64,000 nt of DNA from Eledone cirrhosa (Eukaryota): NCBI GenBank assembly GCA_964016885.1, contig OZ024741.1, positions 1,116,001 to 1,180,000 of the forward strand. Reading direction: 5' to 3'. Under the pieces are notes generated by a model. That model made no database searches and was not told the DNA's origin. It was given only the letters and a program-made list of their open reading frames with translations. Below, in pieces: positions 53,291 to 64,000 of the stretch (the first letter of the stretch is position 1; every line of letters starts with the position of its first letter). Both the position numbers and the translations under genes were made by a program.

Positions 53291-53653
53291 TGCTTTGTAA
53301 GGCTTTTGGAGGAAAGAGTGACCAGCAGTACGTTGTTCGGTATTATTACGAAAAGGTGTAGCAGAGAATCCCGCGTGAACTAGCAGCTCGGGAGGAAACT
53401 GCTTACCTCGAAGATTCATTTGCCATCGTTCTTGACAACGCTCCGTTTACTTGGTATTTGTTGGTCTACGGTTAGATGAATGGCGCACAAAGGGTTAATG
53501 TTTATTGGCAAGAAGTTTTTTGAATAATAAAAGACGGGTTAAAGCGACCTACAATGTATCTGTGTATATATATATATATAAATAAATATATATATATATA
53601 AATAAATATATATATATTGACATATTTATTTATAAAACTAATCTATATTATAC

Positions 53654-53714
53654 TTTATCTGATGAAAGCGCACCATAATCTGCCTTGGGGGCCCTTGAAA
53701 TATGTATAATGAAA
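53654..53714 (+). ncRNA. Type I hammerhead ribozyme motif (same cassette as 62590-62651)
   Basis: TTTAT-CTGATGA-AAGCGCACCA...TGGGGGCCCTT-GAAA-TATGTA-TA-ATGAA. Confidence 0.72.
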
Positions 53715-53926
53715 TAAATATGGTTTTATAAATATAGTTTCCATTTGTTAATATATTGTATATTTACTCCAATAATTTGTTGAGTGCTTTATATCAGTTA
53801 TAAAAATATTTTGCTTGTTGTATCCCAACAAATTAAATATAACCTCTACATATATATATATACAGATACATATATATATATATATATATGTGTGTGTATG
53901 TATGCATATATATATGTGTGTGTATG

Positions 53927-53984
<58 letters not shown>

Positions 53985-54036
53985 TATGTGTGTGTGTGTG
54001 TGTATATACATATATTTTTATGTGTATATGTGTTTG

Positions 54037-54073
<37 letters not shown>

Positions 54074-54235
54074 ATATGTGTATATATGTGTGTGTATTTG
54101 TATATATGTGTATATATACATATGTATATATAAGTATATATGTATATATATATGTGCGTGTGCCTGTGCGCGGGCGTGTGTGTGTGTGTGCGCGCGCGCG
54201 TGTCTGTGTGTGACTGTAGCGAAGATAATACGTCA

Positions 54236-54790
54236 GACTGACGTTATGCAGACAGCCAGGCAATACAGACAGATATAATAAGAGCGCGACGGAGATGGAT
54301 AACCGGCGCCTAACACCCTTTAACAACAGAAAATTGAAAAAAGAAAAGCGGCAGTTAATATCTTTAGACCACAAGGAATATATAAATGCAAGTTTGAAGT
54401 CAATCGGAGTAGAAATGTGGATTTGTATAGACTCCCCAAAAATGAGGACACACAGACAACAACAGTTTTATATATATAGATATCAGCTTCGCTTTAAATT
54501 GTTTTAGCCTTTGTTTTTAAATTCATATCTTACGTCCATCTACATATATAAAACAGATGTTGTCTGTGTGTGTGTGTTCTCATTTTTGCAAAGTCTATAC
54601 AAATCCACATTTCTACTCCGATTGACTTCAAACTTGCATTTATATATTCCTTGCGGTCTAAAGATATTAACTGCAGCTTTTATTTTTCAATTTTCTGTTG
54701 TTAAAGGGGTGTTAGGCGCCGGTTATCCATCTCCGTCGCGCCCTTATAATATCTGTCCGTATGCCTGGCTGTCTGCATTACGACATTCTG
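54236..54790. mobile_element. Head-to-head inverted pair of Helitron-like 5' segments
   Basis: 54236-54480 is the reverse complement of 54539-54790; both begin TCTA.ATATATAAAAC; ~58 bp spacer. Confidence 0.8.
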
Positions 54791-54999
54791 ACAAACATTG
54801 ATGACGTATTATGTTCGCTATTTTCCGTTCATTGCCAGGGAACGTCTTCACGAACCAAAGTATTGTCTTCCTGGTTTCCTTCAGTTGCAATGTTTTTCGA
54901 AATATTATCTGCGTTCACAGATTGATGTTTTTAGTTTCAGAAGATCCCGTTAAGGGTGAAACAACGATTCTTTGCTTAAACTTTAATCTGTTATTTTAA

Positions 55000-55620
55000 T
55001 CTATATATGTATATATATAAAATGAGGAAGGATGTATGTATGTATGTGTGTATGTCTGTATGCGCGTGTGTGTGTGACACCCGAGAAGTACCCAACCGAT
55101 CTTTTTCAAACTTTACATGTGTATTACTTATATTTCAGGGAGTGCTATGCACATAAAAAAATCAACTTTTTGATCCCCTAGGGCCTGCATTAGGTGAAAA
55201 ACTGCGTTTTTTTCATCTTTTTAAGGTTTTTTTTAGGCTTTACGTCAGACCGATTTCCTTGAAATTGTAACTCTATTAGTCAGTCTCTTCTTCATACCGT
55301 GAGCAAAGAAAATCCAACTTCATTTTTTCCAGCTTTTTAGGGCTTTTTTGAGGCGTTACGTCTAGCCGATTTTCCCGAATTTCAAGTCATATTATGCACA
55401 TAAAAAAAATTCATTTTCTTGATCTCCTAGGACCCGCATTAGGTAAAAACCTGCGTTTTTCCTGCTTCATCGAGGAAAATCTTAGATTATCCAGCCATCA
55501 AAGTATTCGGTTTATTTTTTTTACATATTGTCCAGGCACGCAGTTTTTCCACGATTAGGTCTGTTGGCGGCACGCGTTCCAAAATACCTTATCCCGTGCA
55601 ACGTCGGGTACCACTGCTAG
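55000..55620 (+). mobile_element. Complete non-autonomous Helitron
   Basis: A|TC start at 55000, subterminal hairpin CCCGTGCAACGTCGGG (55593-55608), CTAG|T end at 55620, no TSD. Confidence 0.85.
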
Positions 55621-55631
55621 TTACGAATACA

Positions 55632-55706
55632 ATTTCATTCTGATGAGTGATTTCAGACGTCTGTGTTGAAATCGTCGGTCTTCCTGAAACCTTTGGTAAA
55701 TGGAAT
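55632..55706 (+). ncRNA. Type I hammerhead ribozyme motif
   Basis: ATTTCATT-CTGATGA-[GATTTCA/TGAAATC]-GAAA-CCTTTGG-TA-AATGGAAT; base of stem II imperfect. Confidence 0.65.
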
Positions 55707-55798
55707 AATTGTCTTATGTTGTTTATTACATAACTAAATAGCTCTGTAGCCTACATAGAGCACTCACCTTTCCTTTACTCTTCCTATGGAAATACTTA

Positions 55799-55829
<31 letters not shown>

Positions 55830-56063
55830 TATATAAATAGGCTATATACACCATACTAACTATAGATAACATCTGTGCAGTCTTATTTTCAAACGATCGG
55901 CGACATAATTGAATAACTAATGAATACAGCATATATTACAAGATAGTACAAGATAATACATTGTGTGTATTATATGTTGCCTGGTTTATCTACTTTACTT
56001 TCTTTCCGTGCTAGACAATGATATAGTGAAATAAATCTGTTATATAGTAAGACGATTGACTAA

Positions 56064-56119
<56 letters not shown>

Positions 56120-56565
56120 ATGTGGGGGGGGGTATCAATGTGTGTGTATGTGTGTCTGTCTATGTGTGTATATATTAGTGAGACTGTGTTTATGTTTGTC
56201 TCTGCGTGTGTTTGTGTAAACAGATCTCTGTCAGAGGATTAAGACCAATCTGAAGAAGACAAATATCTTCAGAATAATCCCACCATCGTCTGTGATGTGG
56301 TACTCTCTAGTGATGTGAGAGTCTCTGGTGATGTGAGAGTCTCTAGTGATGTGAGATTCATGTTATATAGCAATGGTATGCAGCCTTTGTTTCTCATATC
56401 ACTAGGTTGTGTTCTGGCAAATACATCCGTCAGATCATTTGTTCAAGTCGTTTTCCAGGGCTCAGTATTATGCAATACCACTCTTACTCACAAAATTGTC
56501 TTAATCGGAGAGTGGCTGATGAGGGAGTGGATGTTTTTGTTTATTCGTTCTACTATGTGCAGCTT

Positions 56566-56934
<369 letters not shown>

Positions 56935-57840
56935 TATATAATTATATATATATATATATACATGCACTAGATTTCCACTTGAACTAACAGAGACAAAAGA
57001 TGCCAAACAGATGAAAAAAATGAACTCATCAAATCGTCTTTGATTTCAACAGATCGATAATAGCATGAGTGTATGCACGTGTAGATATACACGTACATTT
57101 GTGTGTATACATGTGTATACGTGCCTGCCTGTGAGTCTGTGTTTATAATATATAACATGTACGTATGTATGTTATATATATTCACACACGTACATTTTAT
57201 GAGTGCATGTATACACGTGTGTAGTTGCACGTGCATGTCTACATGTGCATTGCTATATTTGTGTACATATATATATATATATGTGTGAGTGTAAAGTATA
57301 CAGTATGTATGTGCGTACATCTGCATGCACCTAGGTGTGTGTACATGCATGTGTGCTTGATAGAGTGTTGTGTGAATGTTTGCATACTGCCTGTACATCT
57401 TTGTTTGTGTGCGTTTGTATGTGTGTATCTCTATGTATATGTGTTTGTTAGCATCTGTGTGTGTGTGTGTGTGTGCGTGTGTGTGCGTGTGTGTGTGTGT
57501 GCGTGTGTGCGTGTGTGTGTGTGTGTATATGTTTTGGCGTATCTGTATATGTGTATATCTTTATGCGTTTGTGTTTGTTAGCATGTTTGCGTATATATAT
57601 ATATATATATATAAATAAAAAAGAAAACTTTTTTCGCTCTACATGGCTGAATACAATAAATGTAATCTGAGTTTTTCGAATATGAATAATAACATTCGAT
57701 TCGTTTGCAATTCTGCAAACAAGCCTCAATTTTATAGCCATGTCAGTAGAATGAACCCTTCATTCTTGCTCTTGTGTTGGCATGTGAACAGTCACTGTGT
57801 ATTTTTGAAAATAGCATATATTTTCACAAGCTATGACAGT

Positions 57841-57920
57841 TTGGCATGTGAACAGTGAGCTGTACTGATGAAGGGTGATACCCAGAAACATTAGTGTCTG
57901 CAGTTCTGTTCGCATGCCAA
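57841..57920 (+). ncRNA. Type I hammerhead ribozyme with GUC cleavage site and extended stem I
   Basis: TTGGCATGTGAACAG..AGCTGTA-CTGATGA-AGGGTGATACCCA-GAAA-CATTAGTG-TC-TGCAGTT-CTGTTCGCATGCCAA. Confidence 0.8.
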
Positions 57921-58356
57921 CACAAGAGCAAGAATTATAACAGCCTTTCCTCTCTCTCTGTTTGGGTGGTTTTGGGGCTGCCCTTTCGAGCAGCTCGTCC
58001 CTCAGATACCACTGGTTCACTGCCCTAAACACGCTGTGACGTCTCTCTGCCGCGTGTAGTTGGACGGTCGCTTTAGATTCTCTTAGAGTTGTCTGGAATG
58101 TATAGTCTTGCACGTGCTGATGAACAATAGGCTATTCCATTTCAGTCAACAACTTCCTGGCGAAACAGATCTCTTTGGATTTGTACGTGTGTGTTATATA
58201 GTTATAGAGGTGAGTATATACATTTTATTTTATATTTTTAATTATTGTGTGTCTACCCTGCCTTCCATAGATTATAGATTCCATACACTGGTCGTTTTCC
58301 GTGTTTTATTGATGGCACACTGTCTCTCTATAGTGTGTTACCTTTTCAACATATTG

Positions 58357-58394
<38 letters not shown>

Positions 58395-58399
<5 letters not shown>

Positions 58400-58574
58400 A
58401 AAAAGTATGACCCCAACGGCAGAGCTCAAGCCGTTTCGACGGCTATATAGCCGTCAAAACGGCTTGAGCTCTGCCGTCGGAGTCATACTTTTTCCTATTT
58501 CCCACTCTACTACCCCAAGTATTGAGTACTCTGGTGCGTTATGGTCCATCTGGTTCCTTACCACAATTCCTTCG

Positions 58575-58580
<6 letters not shown>
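58395..58580 (+). mobile_element. Palindrome-headed cassette, copy C
   Basis: 104 bp near-perfect palindrome at 58395-58498 plus the conserved tail; (TA)n on both sides. Confidence 0.85.
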
Positions 58581-58611
<31 letters not shown>

Positions 58612-58811
58612 CAACAGTGACTTAAACAGGTACTTAAGTTTCGTTGGGTTTATGTCACTGTGGTAATTATTTATACTAAACTCGTCCTCTGGACTGAGTG
58701 CTCTTACTCTTGGATATTTCTAATCAAACTTTTATTACGGTATAAGTATAAGTATATATATATATATATATTGTCAAAGTTCTTTCGTAACACATTCTGT
58801 GACCTCTTCAG

Positions 58812-59123
58812 TATATATGTATATATACATATATACACATATATACACATATACATATACATAAATATATATACATATATACACATATATACATATATAT
58901 ATATATACATATATATATACACACATACACATATATATATATACATATATATATATACACATATATATATATATACACATATATACACATATATATATAC
59001 ATATATACACATATATACATATACATATATACACATATATACATATATATATACATATATATATATATACATATATATGTATATATATATACATATATAT
59101 ACATACATATATATACACACATA

Positions 59124-59173
<50 letters not shown>

Positions 59174-59384
59174 TATATGTATATATATATATACATATAT
59201 ATACATATATATATATGCATATATATATATACATATATATATATATACATATATACATATATACATATACACATATACATATACATAAATACATACATAT
59301 ATATAATTTGTTGAAAGCACAAGTGAAGCCATTTTTTCTTCCCCCCTGTCTTAATCTACATATATATATATACATATACATATA

Positions 59385-59415
<31 letters not shown>

Positions 59416-59540
59416 ACATATATACATATATATATATATACATATATACATATATACATATATATATACATATATACATATATATATACATATATACATA
59501 TATATATATATACATATACATATATATATATATATACATA
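58812..59540. repeat. Degenerate (TA/CA)n low-complexity tract
   Basis: Direct inspection; the long ORFs here are poly-YI artefacts. Confidence 0.95.
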
Positions 59541-59695
59541 TTGTTATACTTTGGGTGGGTCATGTTGCCAATAAGAAACACACGCACCAGTTGCTTTCAC
59601 TTCAATTTATTACACATTTATAAATTTACAAATTTATAAATTTATAAATTTCTGGTTGGTTGGTTGGTTCCACAACCAGATAGTTGTTTATATAT

Positions 59696-59740
59696 AGTCA
59701 TAGTCCTTTCGTCACACACTCTGTGACCTCTTCAGTGACT
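59696..59740 (-). ncRNA. Hammerhead-like motif (decayed second copy at ~58772-58812)
   Basis: Reverse complement: AGTCA-CTGAAGA-G-GTCACA/TGTGAC-GAAA-GGAC-TA-TGACT; one extra nt before stem II. Confidence 0.55.
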
Positions 59741-59952
59741 GGGGATTCCTTTCTTTGTTTCTGTGCCTCTCCTCTGTTCTGTCCTACGCCATTTTGTTTC
59801 TGTGTTTCCTCCCAAAGTATAACAATATAGGTTTCAACACACGATTTCAGATAAAGAATCTTGCTAAAAAAATTCAGAAACGAAATATATATATACATAT
59901 ATATACATATATATATATATACATATATATACATATATACATATATACATAT

Positions 59953-60061
<109 letters not shown>

Positions 60062-60792
60062 TACATATATACATATATATATATATACATATATACATAT
60101 ATTAAAATAACAGATTAAAGTTTAAGCAAAGAATCGCTGCTTTTACCCTTAACGGGATCTTCTGAAACTAAAAAATCAATCTGTGAACGCAGAAGTAAAT
60201 ATTTTGAAAAACGTTGCAACCAAAGGAAGACAGGAAGACGATACTTTGGTTCGTGGAAACGTTCCCTGGCAAAGAACGAAAAAAAACGAAGATAATACGT
60301 CATTATTTGGAGCGGTGAAAACAATTACACGCAAAGACAAAACCACGTTTATGGTTTAAATGAAGTTGTAGACTAATATTCTATTAAATGGTTCGTGGAG
60401 ACGTTCTCTGGCAATGAACGGAAAAAACAAAGATAATACGTCAATATGTGGAGCGGTGAGAACAATTACACGCAAAGACAAAACCACGTTTATGGTATAA
60501 CTGAAGTCGTAGACTAAAATTCTATTTAGGAAACCGAATGATTCTCGGCTTCAGAGTTAAGAATAATGTAAATAAATTACAGAGGTAATTGAAATCAACA
60601 AAAATTAAATATATACATGCGCGCATCCATATACGTACATACATATGCATACGCGAAAACACCCGTTATGGGTATGCAAATAAAAGCACGTACATAAAAA
60701 AACGCGCACGCACATACAGAACCCACGAAAGCCTGTACCCGCACACATAAAGAACGTATACACCAAATACACATAAAAATATATATTAAAAA

Positions 60793-60824
<32 letters not shown>

Positions 60825-61223
60825 ATACATATAATTATATAAACGTATATAAATATACATACATAAATACGTATATAACCAGCGCATACACATACCTACA
60901 TGTAAATACACATATGTTCGCTAAACGTACGTCAACCAAAACACAAAGTACACATATACACACACCGTACATACGTACGAACCCGCATACTCACACAGAC
61001 GCAGAACTCGCGTATACACATAACCGTATGCACATGTACCAGTATATATAATATAATATATACGCCTATAACATATACAAGCAAATATACGTATGAGAAA
61101 GTATACGTACCTTCACAAAACATACAGGTAATATATACTTACCTATACAAATAAGTAATGGTATAAACATAAAATATACTTAACTACCACATCAAGATGT
61201 AAAATATCCGCGTATAATTCGTA

Positions 61224-61930
61224 CTATCCTTTAGGGTATAATGTGGGGCTGTAATACAGGAAAATTTTGTGCAATTTATGTTTACAAGCCGAAATTGCCT
61301 CAGATTTTTTGTTTACGATGTGGTCTTTGGCGTAGAGTATTTCCAGGCCTTCAGCGGCAAAGAGGTCACATGGTCTTTTATTTCCGTTATACAATCTAGC
61401 TTTAACTAGGATCTCCCAGTGTAACTTATATTGGGTGTGGTTGTCTTTTAGACTCCAGATATAAGCTGAAAGTGACGTCATATTAGTTCTTAAAGGGTTA
61501 AGAAAAGAATGGGCATGCATGTAAAGACGCTGCATGAATCTATTGGCGGTTAACCCTATGTAGGCCCTACGGGACGTGGGTGTTTCAACCTTACATTTGT
61601 AGACAATGTTACTAGAGAGGCATTTCCCGGATAGGTGGCAGTCAACCCGATTCCTACAATTACAGTTAATACTAGCTACAGGGTTGCCCGTGTTCCTATG
61701 GCTAGGTAATTTAGCTAAATTTGAAGCTGTGATGTTATGTTCAAGGTTAGGAGTCGTAGAGTAAGAAATTTTAATGGTATTTCTATTAAAAATTTTACTA
61801 TATTTATGTGCTGGGGGGAAATGCTTCATAATAAGGGAAAGATCTTAGCTAATGGTGTGGCCACCTCCATATTATACGGTGGGTTATACCATATAATGCT
61901 TCGGGATCTATTTTTCCTAGGTCTATTCTC
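61224..61930 (-). pseudogene. Penelope-like element (Naiad-type) C-terminal GIY-YIG fragment
   Basis: IIWYNPPY, KHFP..HKY.KIFNRNTIKISYS, CNCRNRVDCHLSGKC (CxCx5Cx5C), NIVYKC...YIGLT..F..R...H. Confidence 0.85.
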
Positions 61931-62482
61931 ATACTCTGTATACGCTACCTTATCGACAAATCCACTCTAGCCTTCCTAGCCACCTCGTCTGTAGCCTAGG
62001 TATTAATGCCCCTCCGCCATTTGTGGCATTTCTCATGGGTATAAGGGACTTAGCTCTGTTTCTTGACCGCTGTATCACGTGATAAATTCCCCCTCCGCCT
62101 TCCCGGGATTCTCTCTCACGCGTTGCGGACGTGTTTTGAAACTTCAAATGAGGTATTCTCTTGATAAGCTGGCAAACCTCACAAGAATACTACATCTCTA
62201 TGATATAAGATTTTTGCAAAGTAGCCGCGAAACTGTACAGTCGAGAATATGAAGAAATAATGGGTATTTATTTATTTATTTATTTATGTCTAATGTTTCT
62301 TCTTTCTTGTATTCTATAACTCTGATATTGAATCAATTTAATTCATTCAGATTATTTTGTCCCTCTTAATCATAGAGCAACAACGGTTAAGGTTGACACC
62401 GCACAATTTCACATACTTGTGAAAGATATATGTCTATATACATGTATATGCATGTATTCACATGTATCTGCGTATTTCTCAT

Positions 62483-62549
<67 letters not shown>

Positions 62550-62589
62550 ATATTAATAAATGGAAACTATATTTATAAAACCATATTTA

Positions 62590-62651
62590 TTTTATTATAC
62601 ATATTTCAAGGGCCACCAAGGCAAATTATGGTGCGCTTTCATCAGATAAAA
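62590..62651 (-). ncRNA. Type I hammerhead ribozyme motif
   Basis: Reverse complement: TTTTAT-CTGATGA-AAGCGCACCA...TGGTGGCCCTT-GAAA-TATGTA-TA-ATAAAA. Confidence 0.75.
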
Positions 62652-62858
62652 TACAGATTTGTTTTATAAATAAATATTGACATACCCGGAAAAAAAGACA
62701 ACCTTAACGGTTGGAGCTTCCTGGATAGTGGAGATATTACATTTATTGACGGTGATAGAAAATTATGAGTGAGTATGCAAATGAGTGTCCGAAAGGTTGA
62801 AAAGATAACAGTTTATTTAAATTAAACCGTTGGAAGAAGGTGATATGTGAGGGAGAGA

Positions 62859-63068
62859 GAAAAAAAGAAAAAAAGAAAAAAAGAAAAAAAGAAAAAAAGA
62901 AAAAAAGAAAAAAAGAAAAAAAGAAAAAAAGAAAAAAAGAAAAAAGAAAAAAGAAAAAAGAAAAAAGAAAAAAGAAAAAAGAAAAAAGAAAAAAGAAAAA
63001 AGAAAAAAGAAAAAAGAAAAAAGAAAAAAGAAAAAAGAAAAAAGAAAAAAGAAAAAAGAAAAAAGAAA
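62859..63068. repeat. (GAAAAAAA)n then (GAAAAA)n A-rich microsatellite
   Basis: Direct inspection. Confidence 0.95.
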
Positions 63069-64000
63069 TGAGAAAGATAGAAGAGGAAAGAAAGAACGAT
63101 TATATATATTGACAGTGAAAATAGCGTGCATGAAGAGAAGCGTTTCAAAGGATAAATACAGCGTGAGTATATTTAAGTGAGAGAAGAAGTGAGTTTTAAA
63201 GGATAAATACAGCGTAAGTATATTTAAGAGAGAGAAGAAATGAAGAAATAAGAATAACGTGGAAGAATAATATTTATAATGCAGGATTCATTGTTTTGAT
63301 TATAATATTTATAATGATAGGTTGAAAAATTAGATTAAAATTAAAATTAAAATTAAAGATTAAAATTAATAATTAGTTTAAATGTGTATGTTAAGGATTA
63401 TAAATTATTTAAATAAATATATATTATTTTACATTAGAGCAAATCTAGTATAGTTTATTTTATTAAAAGTTGTAAGTCAAAAAATTTTAAACATCCAAAT
63501 AATTCTAAATTTATGGAAAATTTTCGAGAGTTTGCAAAAGAGTAACCACTTAGTTATATTATAGAACCAGTAAGGAAGCGAATAGGAAGTTATAAGTGAT
63601 TTTTTAAGAACTCAGATGACTCTAAGGATTAAATGCTATAAAGTTAAGAAGTTAAAAAAATTTTTATCTTAAGAATATAATTAAAACATGAACCATATGT
63701 TATTTTATACGAAGTCATAAATTTACTTGCTATAAAGTTAAAACATATATATATATATAAGGTTAGTATGTATGTATACGTACATACATATATGTATACA
63801 GACGTATAGTAGTATGTATATATATACATACATGTACACACATATATATATATATGTACGTATGGGTTTACCGAACATTTATTATAATGCTCGGTTTGTT
63901 TGTAAACAAACAGCCCGAATTACGCCGTACAGTGTTCAGGCAACCACCGTCGCCTTTTTGTTCAACACTGACACAGGAACGATGTACTAGTTTCAAGCTT

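Noticed and set aside
53350-53500. piggyBac-like end AAAGGGTTAA
   Set aside because: No matching opposite terminus found.
54930-54975. Hammerhead in family R (CAGAAGA-TCCC/GGGT-GAAA)
   Set aside because: The core is CAGAAGA in all copies, and stems I and III do not pair.
56323-56377. 18 bp x3 tandem repeat, and a ~50 bp x2 duplication at 63147-63243
   Set aside because: Real but ordinary local slippage duplications with no further structure.
58660-59574. Long poly-YI/HT/VC ORFs here and elsewhere
   Set aside because: Translations of (TA)n, (CA)n and (TATG)n microsatellites.

Overview
Repeat-rich, AT-rich animal genomic DNA with no recognisable host gene. The SINE families and microsatellite density suggest an invertebrate, probably an octopod cephalopod (inference). 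Bases 1-24.3 kb are a G-rich ~21-27 bp satellite (GGGAGTTATAGAGGTTCTAACA) with kb-scale higher-order duplications, interrupted by one young 5'-truncated CR1-type LINE. The rest is a mosaic of microsatellites and transposon pieces: a Neptune-type Penelope-like ORF (RT + GIY-YIG), two Naiad-type Penelope fragments, a Merlin transposase relic, Helitron-type non-autonomous elements, tRNA-derived SINEs, and a ~10 kb stack of R4/Dong-like and RTE retrotransposons, each bounded by (TATG)n. The most striking signals are (i) about ten type-I hammerhead ribozyme motifs, mostly on short cassettes in or near (TA)n tracts, and (ii) fold-back palindromes built from these cassettes, including a three-copy family whose hairpin is centred in the ribozyme and appears to be regenerated in each copy. 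Coordinates were read by eye and may be off by a few bases.
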